Origin: Gammaproteobacteria bacterium
Lineage (GTDB): Bacteria; Pseudomonadota; Gammaproteobacteria; Steroidobacterales; Foliamicaceae
Length of the DNA stretch: 64,000 nt
Direction: 5' to 3'
Assembly (NCBI GenBank): GCA_026708965.1
Contig: JAPOTY010000021.1
Location: 80,182-144,181 of the forward strand
Numbering within the stretch: the stretch's first letter is position 1; every line of letters begins with the position of its first letter. Shown piece after piece: positions 54,681-64,000 of the stretch. The position numbers and the translations under genes are program-made. A model generated the notes under the pieces. The model was not told the DNA's origin, ran no database searches, and saw only the letters and a list, made by a program, of their open reading frames with translations.

Positions 54681-55334
54681 TCACAAGGCGCCGTATTTCT
54701 TGCGGTAGTCTTCCACCCGCTTGATCGTTTCTCTGTCCTGGCCGGCGGTGTGCGCCGCCTTCAGCAGGATGTCCAGTCCAAAAACGCGGCGCACGGCTAT
54801 GCCGTGGTCGTCGTTGAGGGCCTGCGCCGCGCTGCATTCGCGCAGGCCGCGTTCCTGCCGGTCCAGAAGCACCAGCAGCCCCGCCACTTCGGCGCCCTCG
54901 CCCTGAATCAGATCGATGGCTTCGCGCGCCGAGGTTCCGGCGCTTAGCACGTCGTCCACGATCAGCACTCGGCCCTCTAGCTTGGCGCCCGCCACCGCGC
55001 CGCCTTCGCCGTGCGCCTTGGCCTCCTTGCGGTTGTAGGCGAACTTCAGATCGAGGTTGTGGCCCTGCTGCAGCGCAGCAGCGGTGAGCGCCGCCAAGGG
55101 GATGCCTTTGTAGGCCGCGCCGAACAGCATGTCGAATCCAAGTCCCGAGGCGACTGCCTCATCCGATAGGGCTTGCCCCGCCGCCCATGCTCCGCGTCCG
55201 CTCGACAGCTTTGCGGAGTTGAAGAAGTAGGGGGTTTCGCGGCCGGCCTTGGTTACGAAGCTGCCGAACAGCAGCGCGCCCGTCTCCAGGGCCAGCCGAA
55301 GCAGATTCTCTTGGCTTGGGCGCAAAACGCTCAC
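54681..55334 (-). CDS. pyrE: orotate phosphoribosyltransferase
   Basis: 217 aa. LLFGSFVTKAGRETPYFFN, PRPP motif VLIVDDVLSAGTS. Confidence 0.93.
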   Translation of the reverse strand: MSVLRPSQENLLRLALETGALLFGSFVTKAGRETPYFFNSAKLSSGRGAWAAGQALSDEAVASGLGFDMLFGAAYKGIPLAALTAAALQQGHNLDLKFAYNRKEAKAHGEGGAVAGAKLEGRVLIVDDVLSAGTSAREAIDLIQGEGAEVAGLLVLLDRQERGLRECSAAQALNDDHGIAVRRVFGLDILLKAAHTAGQDRETIKRVEDYRKKYGAL

Positions 55335-55340
55335 TGCCGG

Positions 55341-56137
<797 letters not shown>

Positions 56138-56141
<4 letters not shown>

Positions 56142-58429
56142 ATATTCGCGTCCTGGCCCTGCATGGCCGCCGCCCGCGCCGCCAGCCGCTCGGCCTGTTC
56201 TTTGCCGGAAAGGTATTGCACGGGCCAGGGTTGGCGCTGGTGGCCGAGCGTGGTGGCTGCGCGCAGGGTCCAGTAGGGATCGCTCAGATGAGGGCGCGCC
56301 AAGGCGCACAGATCGGCGCGCCCGGCGGCCAGGATGCTGTTGACGTGGTCGGTCTCGTAGATATTTCCCACGGCAATGGTCGGCACCCCGGCCTCGTTGC
56401 GGATCCGGTCGGAGAACGGCGTCTGGAACATGCGGCCGTAAACCGGCCGGGCGCGGGTGGAGGTCTGCCCTGCGGACACGTGGATGATATCGGCGCCCGC
56501 GGCCGTCATGGCGCGGGCGATCTCCACCGATTCCTCGCCGCTAACGCCGCTCTTCAGCCAGTCGGTGGCGGAAATCCGCACCGACAGCGGCCGCTCGTCC
56601 GGCCAGATTTCACGCACCGCCTCGAGCACTTCCAGAGGGAAGCGGAGCCGCGCGCTCAGGGATCCTCCGTAGCCGTCGCGCCGCCGGTTGGAAATCGGCG
56701 ATATGAAGGACGACAGCAGGTAGCCGTGGGCGCAATGCAGCTCCAGCCAGTCGAAGCCCGCCTCAAGGCCGAGCCGGGCGGCCTGCCGGAACTGCGCCAC
56801 CACCTCGTCCATGTCGGCGCGCGTCATGGGCCGCGGAACCTGGCCGCCTTGCCGGTAGGGCTTGGCCGAGGGCCCCGTCACCGGCCAGTTGCCGGATTCG
56901 AGCGGCTGGTCCATCCCGTCCCAGGCTAGGCGCGTCGAACCCTTGGGGCCGGAATGGCCAAGCTGCAAAGCCACCCGGGCCTGGCTGTGCCGGTGCATGA
57001 AATCGACGATCCGCCGGTAAGCCTTGGCGTGCTCCGGGCGGTACATGCCGGCGCAGCCCGGCGTGATGCGGCCGCGCGGCGACACGCAGCTCATTTCGGT
57101 GAACACCAGTCCGGCGCCGCCTTGGGCGCGTGATCCGAGATGCACCAGATGGAAATCGCCCACGGTTCCGTCCTCGGCGCTGTACATGTCCATGGGCGCC
57201 ACCACCACGCGGTTGGATAGCTCCACGCCCTTGATTTGATAGGGCACGAACATGGGCGCCACGGCGCGGGCGCTGCCGGTTTCCCGGCGGCTGTACCAGC
57301 GCTCCATCCGCCCAAGCCAGCGGCTGTCGCGCAGCCTCAGGTTCTCATGGCTGACGCGCTGGCTGCGCGTGAGCAGCGAGTAGTTGAACTGTTGCGGCGC
57401 AAAGCGCGCGTAGCGGGGCATGTTCTCGAACCACTCGGTGGAATTGCGCGCCGCCGATTGCAGCTTGATCACCTCCAGCCTCCGGCTGTCCTCATACTCC
57501 TGCAGCGCCTCGTCGGTGGCGCCGCCGCCGTTGAGCGCCTCGGCCAGTTCGATGGCGTCCTCCAGGCCCAGCTTGGTGCCGGAACCGATCGAGAAGTGCG
57601 CCGTATGCGCCGCGTCGCCGGCCAGGATCAGATTGCGGTGGCGCCACTTTCCGCAGTGGATCCGGCGGAAGTTCAGCCAGGCATGGCCGGCGATATGCGT
57701 GGCGTTGCTCATCAGGCTGTGGCCGTGGAGATGGCGGGCGAAGATTCGCTCCAGCGCCCGGCAGCTTTCCTCTTGGCTCATCTCGCCGAAACCCAGCCGC
57801 GCCCAGGTGTCCGGCCCGCACTCGGGGATGAAGCTCGAAAAGCCGTCCTCAAAGCGGTAGGCATGGGCCCATATCCACCCTTCATCCAGTTTTCTGAAAA
57901 TAAAGTTGAACGCCTCGAATTGACGGCGCGTGCCGAGCCACTGGAAGAAATTGGGACGCGGCTGGATTTCCACCTCGAAGCGCGGCGCATAGGCGTTGCG
58001 GAAGCGGCTGTTGACGCCGTCGGCGGCGATCACCAGATCGAACTCCCGATAAAGGTCCAGATCCGGCTCGGCTTCGGTCTCGAATCGGAGTCTCGCGCCC
58101 AGTTCCGCCGCCCGCCGCTGCAGGATGCGCAGCAGCCGCGTACGGCCGATTCCGCAAAAGCCATGGCCGCTGGAAGTCACCTTGCGGCCGCGGAAATGCA
58201 CCTCGATATCGTCCCAGTGGGTGAAGCGTCCGCGGATCTCGTCGGCGGTTTTCGGATCGTTTTCGGCCAGGTTCTCCAGCGTGGCATCGGAAAAGACCAC
58301 GCCCCAGCCGAAGGTATCGCAGGGCCGGTTGCGTTCAAGAACGGTAACGCGGTGGCTCGATGAGCGCCGCAGCATCGAAATGGCCAAGTACAGCCCGGTA
58401 GGCCCGCCGCCCGCAATCAATATTCGCAT
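56138..58429 (-). CDS. fused FAD-dependent aromatic hydroxylase + Old-Yellow-Enzyme-type NADH:flavin oxidoreductase (salicylyl-CoA 5-hydroxylase-like)
   Basis: 763 aa. N-terminus [13 protein letters not shown]...[14 protein letters not shown] (flavin monooxygenase). C-terminal half ...NRVVVAPM...[14 protein letters not shown] (OYE TIM barrel). Confidence 0.8.
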
Positions 58430-58512
58430 CCGTCCAGTTTATCCGCTTCGCGGCCTCCAACGAGGCTGGTTCCGGGGCCTTATACTCTTGCTTCCACTTA
58501 AAGCAGCAAGAC

Positions 58513-59967
58513 ATGGGGGGCGAAGTGACGCAACTGAATCGGCGCGAGGCGCTAATGGGGATCGGCGCGGCGGCGGCTGTGCTCGCAGGATGCGGACGGC
58601 GGGCCACCACCGATAGCGACGTGGTTGTGATCGGCGCGGGCCTGTCCGGCTTGCAGGCGGCGCGGCTGATGGAGTCCGAGGGCCTGCGGGTTACGGTTCT
58701 GGAATCGCGCAACCGGGTGGGCGGACGGGTGCTTTCCTACCGGCATATTCCCGGATCGCCCGAGGCGGGGGGCACGAGTTTTTCGGCCGGTTACGCGCGC
58801 ATGATGCAGGTGTCGCAGGAGCTTGGGGTAGGGCTGGTGAACCTGGATCCGATCCGGGAATTCTTTGCCCAGCGCACGCTGGCGCTGGGCGGGCAGATTA
58901 TTTCGGCGGCCGAATGGCCGGAGCATGCGCTCAATGTGATGCCGGAGAATGAGCGCCAGACGATGCCTTGGGGTTATTTGTCCACGAAGATGTACATGAA
59001 TAACCCCTATCCCACGCCGTCGGATTGGCTGTCGCCGGACTACGCGCACTTGGACGTGTCCATGCGCGAATATCTGACCGGCGAGGGCGTGACCGATGCG
59101 GTGATTGATCTTTGCTACGACATCAACCCCGGCTGGGGCAACAACGCCGACGAAGTGTCCGCCGCCATGGTGCTGTTCGCCATGCGGTTTGCCGCGGCGC
59201 AGCGGGGGTTCACCGGCCCGGACGGCGGCACGGCGTACACCGCGGAGAACGGCAACCAGTCGATCCCGGAGGCCATGGCCGAGTCCCTGAACTCCGAGGT
59301 CCAGCTCGACAGGCGGGTAACCGGGATCAGCGACACGGGCTCGGGCGTTGAAGTGGCATGCGAGGATGGCAGCCTGCATCGCGCGACCCGCGTTGTATGC
59401 TCGCTGCCATGCTCCCTGGTGCGGAATCTGGCCATCGAGCCCGCCCTTGATAGCATGCAGGCCGAAGCGGTGAACAGCGTCGATTCGCAAATTCTTAATC
59501 AGTTGCATCTGATTGCGAAGCGGCCGTTTTGGGAGGACGACGGGATGGCGCCGAGCATGTGGACGGATTCGCTGGCCGGCATGGTTCTCGCCGAGCATAA
59601 GGGCGGCCGGCCCGAGGAAGTGACCAGCCTCACGTCCTGGACGCGGGGGGCGCCCGCCGTGGAAATGGATAAGCTGCCCAACGACGAGGCTGCGGCCCGC
59701 ATCGTGGCGGATATCGAGCGCCTGCGGCCTGCGGCCAAGGGCCAGCTTGAAGTGGGCGCCTACCACTCTTGGTATAACGACCCGCATGCGGCGGGCGACT
59801 GGGCGGTATGGCAGCCCGGCCAGGTCACGAAATATGCCGCGCATGTGGGCCGGCAACACGGGCGGGTGCATTTCTGCGGCGAGCATACGGCCAAAGCCAA
59901 CCGCGGCATGGAAGGCGCGCTGGAGTCGGGCGACCGCGTGGCTTTTGAAGTGCTCGACCTGATCTGA
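58513..59967 (+). CDS. flavin-containing amine oxidase family protein with Tat-type signal and lipobox
   Basis: 484 aa. NRREALMGIGAAAAVLAGC, then VVVIGAGLSGLQAA..L...G..VTVLESRNRVGGR. Confidence 0.85.
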   Translation: MGGEVTQLNRREALMGIGAAAAVLAGCGRRATTDSDVVVIGAGLSGLQAARLMESEGLRVTVLESRNRVGGRVLSYRHIPGSPEAGGTSFSAGYARMMQVSQELGVGLVNLDPIREFFAQRTLALGGQIISAAEWPEHALNVMPENERQTMPWGYLSTKMYMNNPYPTPSDWLSPDYAHLDVSMREYLTGEGVTDAVIDLCYDINPGWGNNADEVSAAMVLFAMRFAAAQRGFTGPDGGTAYTAENGNQSIPEAMAESLNSEVQLDRRVTGISDTGSGVEVACEDGSLHRATRVVCSLPCSLVRNLAIEPALDSMQAEAVNSVDSQILNQLHLIAKRPFWEDDGMAPSMWTDSLAGMVLAEHKGGRPEEVTSLTSWTRGAPAVEMDKLPNDEAAARIVADIERLRPAAKGQLEVGAYHSWYNDPHAAGDWAVWQPGQVTKYAAHVGRQHGRVHFCGEHTAKANRGMEGALESGDRVAFEVLDLI

Positions 59968-59980
59968 CCGCCCGCGCCAG

Positions 59981-61252
59981 ATGGAGATTCCGCCTGAACA
60001 TCCCTCCGGCTTCCGGGTCGCTCCGTTTGCCGCGCTGCGCCCTGCCGATGGGATGGCAGCGGAAACGATCGCCCCGCCGTACGATGTGGTGAGCGCCGAC
60101 GAGGCGCGGGCGCGCGTTGCTGGCCGTCCGCACGATTTTCTGCGCGTGTCGCTGCCGGAAGCCGCCATGCCGCCGGAGGCCGAGCCGTCCGCACAGGAGC
60201 GCCACTCCGCCGCCCGCCGTTCGCTGGACGGCATGCGCGCTCGGGGCGTGCTCGCCCGCGACGCGCGGTCGGCCTATTACGTGTACCGGGTGGCCAGCGG
60301 ATCGCACGCGCAAACCGGCATCGTGCTGCTGGTGTCGGTGGATTGCTACCGCGCCGGAACGCTGCGCCGCCATGAGCTCACCCGCCCGGATAAGGAAACC
60401 GGCCGCGCCCTGCTGATCCAGGCGCTTCAAGCGCAGACCGGCCTGGTGATGCTGGCGCATCGCCGGCATTCCGATCTGGCGGCCGTGATCGAAGAGGCCG
60501 CTCAGGGCTCGCCGGATTGCCGGGCGAGCCTCAGCCAGGACGGCGCCGTGACCGAGCACAGCATCTGGCCGGTGCGGGATGCGGCAGCCATGGCGCGAAT
60601 CACCCAGGCTGTTGCGGAGCTGGGGGAGCTTTTCATCGCCGACGGGCATCACCGCGTGGCCGCAGGCAACCGGGCCGCGGAGGCTTTTTCGGACCGCCCG
60701 CAGGCGCAGTGGCTGCTGGGCGCCACGTTCCCCGCCGAGGAGTTGCGGATACTCGACTACAACCGCGTGGTTTCCGGCCTCAACGGCCACAGCCCCCAAA
60801 CCTTTCTGGCAGCGCTGAACAAGAGCTTCGAGGTTGCGCCCTCATCCGGCCCGGCCCGGCCCGGGCGCGCCGGGGAGTACGGCTTGTACTTGAGCGGCGG
60901 CTGGCACCGCGCCCGCCTGCGTTCCGGTCTGGCGCCGAGCGGCGATCCGGTGGGCAGCCTTGATGTCAGCCTGCTGGGGGAGCATCTGCTGGCGCCCATC
61001 CTGGGCATCGAGGATTCGCGAACCGATCCGCGCATCGACTTCGTGGGCGGCGCGCGCGGCCTTGAGGCGCTGGAGCGCCGCGTCGATAGCGGCGCCGCGT
61101 CGGTTGCGATCGCGCTTTACCCCACGCCGATGGAAGCGCTGATGGACGTGGCCGGCGCGGGTGAGATCATGCCGCCCAAATCGACCTGGTTCGAGCCCAA
61201 GCTCGCCGACGGGCTGCTGGCCTATAGTTGGGCCGAAGACGCAACGCCCTGA
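59981..61252 (+). CDS. DUF1015-domain protein
   Basis: 423 aa. FRVAPFAALRP....IAPPYDVVS..EAR, IADGHHR. Confidence 0.75.
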   Translation: MEIPPEHPSGFRVAPFAALRPADGMAAETIAPPYDVVSADEARARVAGRPHDFLRVSLPEAAMPPEAEPSAQERHSAARRSLDGMRARGVLARDARSAYYVYRVASGSHAQTGIVLLVSVDCYRAGTLRRHELTRPDKETGRALLIQALQAQTGLVMLAHRRHSDLAAVIEEAAQGSPDCRASLSQDGAVTEHSIWPVRDAAAMARITQAVAELGELFIADGHHRVAAGNRAAEAFSDRPQAQWLLGATFPAEELRILDYNRVVSGLNGHSPQTFLAALNKSFEVAPSSGPARPGRAGEYGLYLSGGWHRARLRSGLAPSGDPVGSLDVSLLGEHLLAPILGIEDSRTDPRIDFVGGARGLEALERRVDSGAASVAIALYPTPMEALMDVAGAGEIMPPKSTWFEPKLADGLLAYSWAEDATP

Positions 61253-61303
61253 GGCGCAGCGCCGGATTCACATATCAACAACGAATTGACGCAGGAGACC
61301 TGT

Positions 61304-61507
61304 ATGTCCGATGAAGACGCCATCCTGGCGAAAGCCAACGAGATCGACGACGAGGTGCAATTCGCACCCGATGCCGTGCCTTTTATCTCTCAAATTCCCG
61401 GCTTTGTTCGCGGCGTGGCGCTCAAGGCCATGATCGCCAAGGCCAAGGAAAAGGGCGTCACTTTAGTGGACGGCGCCTTCATGGACGAGAACAACCCGAT
61501 GAAATAG
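61304..61507 (+). CDS. small PCP-reductase-domain-like protein
   Basis: ORF 61286..61507 trimmed to Met7 (aggag SD). ...APDAVPFISQIPGFVRGVALKAMIAKAKEKGVTLVD resembles the C-terminal domain pattern (iP.FvR......ie..A...G...v) of the protochlorophyllide reductase 57-kDa subunit. Confidence 0.55.
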   Translation: MSDEDAILAKANEIDDEVQFAPDAVPFISQIPGFVRGVALKAMIAKAKEKGVTLVDGAFMDENNPMK

Positions 61508-61637
61508 CCCGCCATCGTCTCCGCGCTTGGTTATTAGGCAAACAAGGGCGCTTGGTAGTTATAACGTTGCCCTCGCGCGGCGGCTACCCGCCGCTTTCAA
61601 CCCGCCTTGGAGCGATAATGCAAGGAGAGGATAGGAA

Positions 61638-62621
61638 ATGAAAGGGAATTCAATCAGTTCATTGGAGATTTGCGCCGGTGCCGGCGGGCAGGCGCTAGGC
61701 TTGGAGCAGGCAGGCTTCGATCACGTTGCGCTCGTTGAGATCGACAGGCACTGCTGCAATACGCTTCGCTTCAATAGGCCCGGATGGCGCGTATTCGAAA
61801 GTGATATCCACGACTTCGCCGCCCGCGCAGCGGGCGCGTTCAAGGGCGTTGAGTTATTGGCCGGGGGGCTTCCTTGTCCTCCATTCTCGTTGGCGGGCAA
61901 GCAACTTGGGGATCAGGACGAGCGCAATCTGTTCCCCGTTGCGCTCGATTTGGTGGATATTATCCGGCCCCGCGCAGTCATGATCGAGAATGTGCGGGGT
62001 TTTTTGGCAACCGTCTTCGAAGATTTCCGCCATGAAATTAAGGCCCGCTTCGAGAAAATGGGCTACCGGGCAGATTGGCGCCTGCTGAACGCATCGGATT
62101 TCGGCGTGCCGCAACTGCGTCCTAGGGTGGTGATTGTGGCGCTGCGAAAGGACATAGCCCCGAGCTTCTCCTGGCCGGTCAAGAATGGCGCCAAACCCCA
62201 AACTGTTGGCGAGGCGCTTTATGACCTCATCGCTGCGAACGGCTGGAAGCGAGCAGGCGCTTGGAAGAATGGCGCCAATGCTATCGCTCCCACTATTGTT
62301 GGCGGCTCCTTGAAGCATGGCGGCCCCGATTTGGGCCCCACGCGAGCCCGCAAGGCTTGGGCGACGCTGGGGGTCGATGGCCTGGGCATCGCCAACGCTC
62401 CCCCCGAGTGTGATTTTGAGGGAATGCCCAGGCTCACCGTTCCCATGGTGGCGCGCCTTCAAGGCTTTCCCGACGATTGGCAGTTCTCCGGACGCAAAAC
62501 CCCCGCTTACCGGCAAGTGGGCAATGCTTTTCCTCCGCCGGTCGCGCGCGCCGTCGGCGAGCGTCTCCACGCCTGCCTGTCCGTGAGCCATTCAATCGGC
62601 ATTTCCAAGTGCGCCGTATGA
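61638..62621 (+). CDS. DNA (cytosine-5)-methyltransferase (M.NgoMIV-like)
   Basis: 327 aa. Motif I CAGAGGQALG, motif IV variant GLPCPPFS, ENVRGF, PQLRPRVVIVAL, motif X GNAFPPPVA. Confidence 0.9.
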   Translation: MKGNSISSLEICAGAGGQALGLEQAGFDHVALVEIDRHCCNTLRFNRPGWRVFESDIHDFAARAAGAFKGVELLAGGLPCPPFSLAGKQLGDQDERNLFPVALDLVDIIRPRAVMIENVRGFLATVFEDFRHEIKARFEKMGYRADWRLLNASDFGVPQLRPRVVIVALRKDIAPSFSWPVKNGAKPQTVGEALYDLIAANGWKRAGAWKNGANAIAPTIVGGSLKHGGPDLGPTRARKAWATLGVDGLGIANAPPECDFEGMPRLTVPMVARLQGFPDDWQFSGRKTPAYRQVGNAFPPPVARAVGERLHACLSVSHSIGISKCAV

Positions 62622-63475
62622 CGGGCGAAGTTTTCTTCGCCGAGGCCCGGCGGCGCTTCCATACAGCGCTTCGCGTGTCCGTGCTGCGCTCTGAAAGGGG
62701 CATCCCAAGCAACGCCGACCGGCATAGCAGGGCGAGCAGGAATATTGCCTCGGGCATTCTTGAGCGTCTCGGCGCCGCTGATGGCGGAGAGCGCTTGGCC
62801 GGACAGGAAGCAGGCAGCAAGTTTGAGGAAATCTGCAAGGAATACTTGGAAGAGGTTTTCCCAAAACTTTCACACTTGCGCCCCGGCCAATGGGAAGTTA
62901 GCAAAGGCGTGGGGGGCCGCGCTGCGATCGCTCAATTCGACCAATATGAGCATTTGGCTGCCCTTGACGCGGCATCGAGGGAGAATCCCGCATTGGCCGC
63001 CGCCTTGGGCAGCGATTACCTTATCAAGCCCGACGTGGTTATTCTTCGTCATCCTGAGGCGGACGCGAACATCAACTTGCGTGGCGCACTGGTGGACCAA
63101 ACCCAAGCGCTTTTCACGCCCATGAGGCGGAACAACAGCCAAAGCCCTATTCTCCACGCCAGTGTCCCGTGCAAATGGACGCTGCGGAGCGACCGAGCCC
63201 AGAATGCCCGGTCCGAGGCTTTGAACTTGGTTCGGAACCGCAAGGGGCGATTGCCTCACGTGGTGGTTGTGACTGGCGAACCCATGCCCAGCAGAATCGC
63301 CTCGATTGCGCTTGGAACGGGCGATATTGACTGCGTTTACCACTTTGCTTTGGATGAGCTTATTGCATCTATAGTTGACCTTGGGCTGGAGGATGCCAAG
63401 GATTCGCTGGACACCATGATTCAAGGAAAGAGGCTTCGCGATATTTCCGATCTGCCGCTTGACCTTGCGGTATAG
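62618..63475 (+). CDS. Type II restriction endonuclease, NgoMIV/Cfr10I family
   Basis: ORF 62477..63475 trimmed to Met48 (ATGA overlap with the methyltransferase stop), 285 aa. LGSDYLIKPDVVI and SVPCKWTLRSDRAQNARSE match the PD...(S/C)xK signature region I recall for NgoMIV. Confidence 0.75.
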   Translation: MTGEVFFAEARRRFHTALRVSVLRSERGIPSNADRHSRASRNIASGILERLGAADGGERLAGQEAGSKFEEICKEYLEEVFPKLSHLRPGQWEVSKGVGGRAAIAQFDQYEHLAALDAASRENPALAAALGSDYLIKPDVVILRHPEADANINLRGALVDQTQALFTPMRRNNSQSPILHASVPCKWTLRSDRAQNARSEALNLVRNRKGRLPHVVVVTGEPMPSRIASIALGTGDIDCVYHFALDELIASIVDLGLEDAKDSLDTMIQGKRLRDISDLPLDLAV

Positions 63476-63601
63476 GTTTGAGGTCGATCGTGGTTCCAGC
63501 ATAGGCCAACAGCTATCTGATGCCGTTCCGCCCAGGCGGCGGGAAGATAGGCAGGAGCGCCATCCAGACCATGTGGCGCTGCGTTGCGTGGTGATGATGG
63601 A

Positions 63602-63934
63602 TTATTGCGTTTGCGCGCCTTGATTGCTCGTTGTCGCAACAGCCGCTGCTTCGGCGCGCAGCCTGAGGCCCAAGGCTCCGAAAACGCGGAGCACCGTGTC
63701 CAGCGTGGGGTTGCGCTCCCCCGAAAGCGCCTTGTAAAGGCTTTCGCGGGACAGTCCGGCTTCCCCTGCCACTTGCGACATGCCCTTGGCTCGTGCCACG
63801 TCGCCTAAGGCCTTGGCGATAAACGCGGCATCGCCGTCCGCCTCTTCGATAGCCACTTCCAAATAGGTCGCGATTTCCTCCGGCGTGCGAAGATGTTCGG
63901 CGACATCGTAGGTCGAAGTCATTGTCTTGGTCAT
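63602..63934 (-). CDS. higA: addiction-module antidote protein (HigA family, HTH)
   Basis: 110 aa. YDVAEHLRTPEEIATYLEVAIEEADGD...IAKALGDVARAKGMSQVAGEAGLSRESLYKALSGERNPTLDTVLRV..ALGLRL. Confidence 0.85.
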   Translation of the reverse strand: MTKTMTSTYDVAEHLRTPEEIATYLEVAIEEADGDAAFIAKALGDVARAKGMSQVAGEAGLSRESLYKALSGERNPTLDTVLRVFGALGLRLRAEAAAVATTSNQGAQTQ

Positions 63935-63943
63935 GTTGTCCGC

Positions 63944-64000
63944 CTATAAGTTTCTGGCCAAGCGCAAGGCATATTTGATGTCCTGCTCCTGCGTTTGCTT
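63944..64000 (-). CDS. addiction-module killer protein (RelE/HigB-type), C-terminal 18 codons only; gene starts beyond right edge
   Basis: Own translation ...KQTQEQDIKYALRLARNL-stop, 9 nt upstream of the higA start. It matches the typical ...GGdKstQ..DI..A..la end of this toxin family. Confidence 0.6.
   Translation of the reverse strand, partial: KQTQEQDIKYALRLARNL

Overview
High-GC proteobacterial chromosome segment. The synteny looks gammaproteobacterial: dapF-DUF484-xerC-hslVU-ubiE-ubiJ-ubiB, and rpmBG / radC / coaBC-dut / pyrE. About two thirds is ordinary housekeeping or metabolic DNA: a TonB-dependent receptor, the trp genes, two SLC13 permeases, an oxoprolinase, two SSF symporters, and flavoenzymes. 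Four patches of visibly lower GC are embedded in it.

- **4.1-5.05 kb:** a mini-island with a membrane-anchored orphan protein, a 41-codon transposase N-terminal relic and an orphan terminator.
- **15.5-27.0 kb:** an island that physically separates trpB from trpA. It carries an XRE+M78-peptidase regulator (RosmerTA-antitoxin-like), decayed gene fragments, two translationally coupled genes of unknown function, an IS256 remnant, and a Type I R-M with an embedded MntA/HepT pair.
- **44.7-51.4 kb:** an island beside an atypical tRNA-Asn. It carries hicBA, a SIR2-HerA defence pair, an IS1595-type transposase and a Dcm + HNH pair.
- **61.6-64.0 kb:** an NgoMIV-like Type II R-M plus a HigBA-type module that runs off the right edge.

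Best candidate for an undescribed system: the overlapping 125-aa + 380-aa gene pair at 17485-19001. I cannot place either protein in any family, and the pair sits in a defence context.

Other sequence-level observations:
- A 35/40 direct repeat shows that a relic of the trpA 3' end lies 1.64 kb from the intact trpA, flanking a lipoprotein gene.
- A roughly 100-bp palindromic intergenic repeat family has 26-28 bp arms and three copies in the window.
- A G9 homopolymer sits inside the TonB-receptor gene.

All family calls rest on motifs I recognise by eye in the translations. No database search or computation was run.
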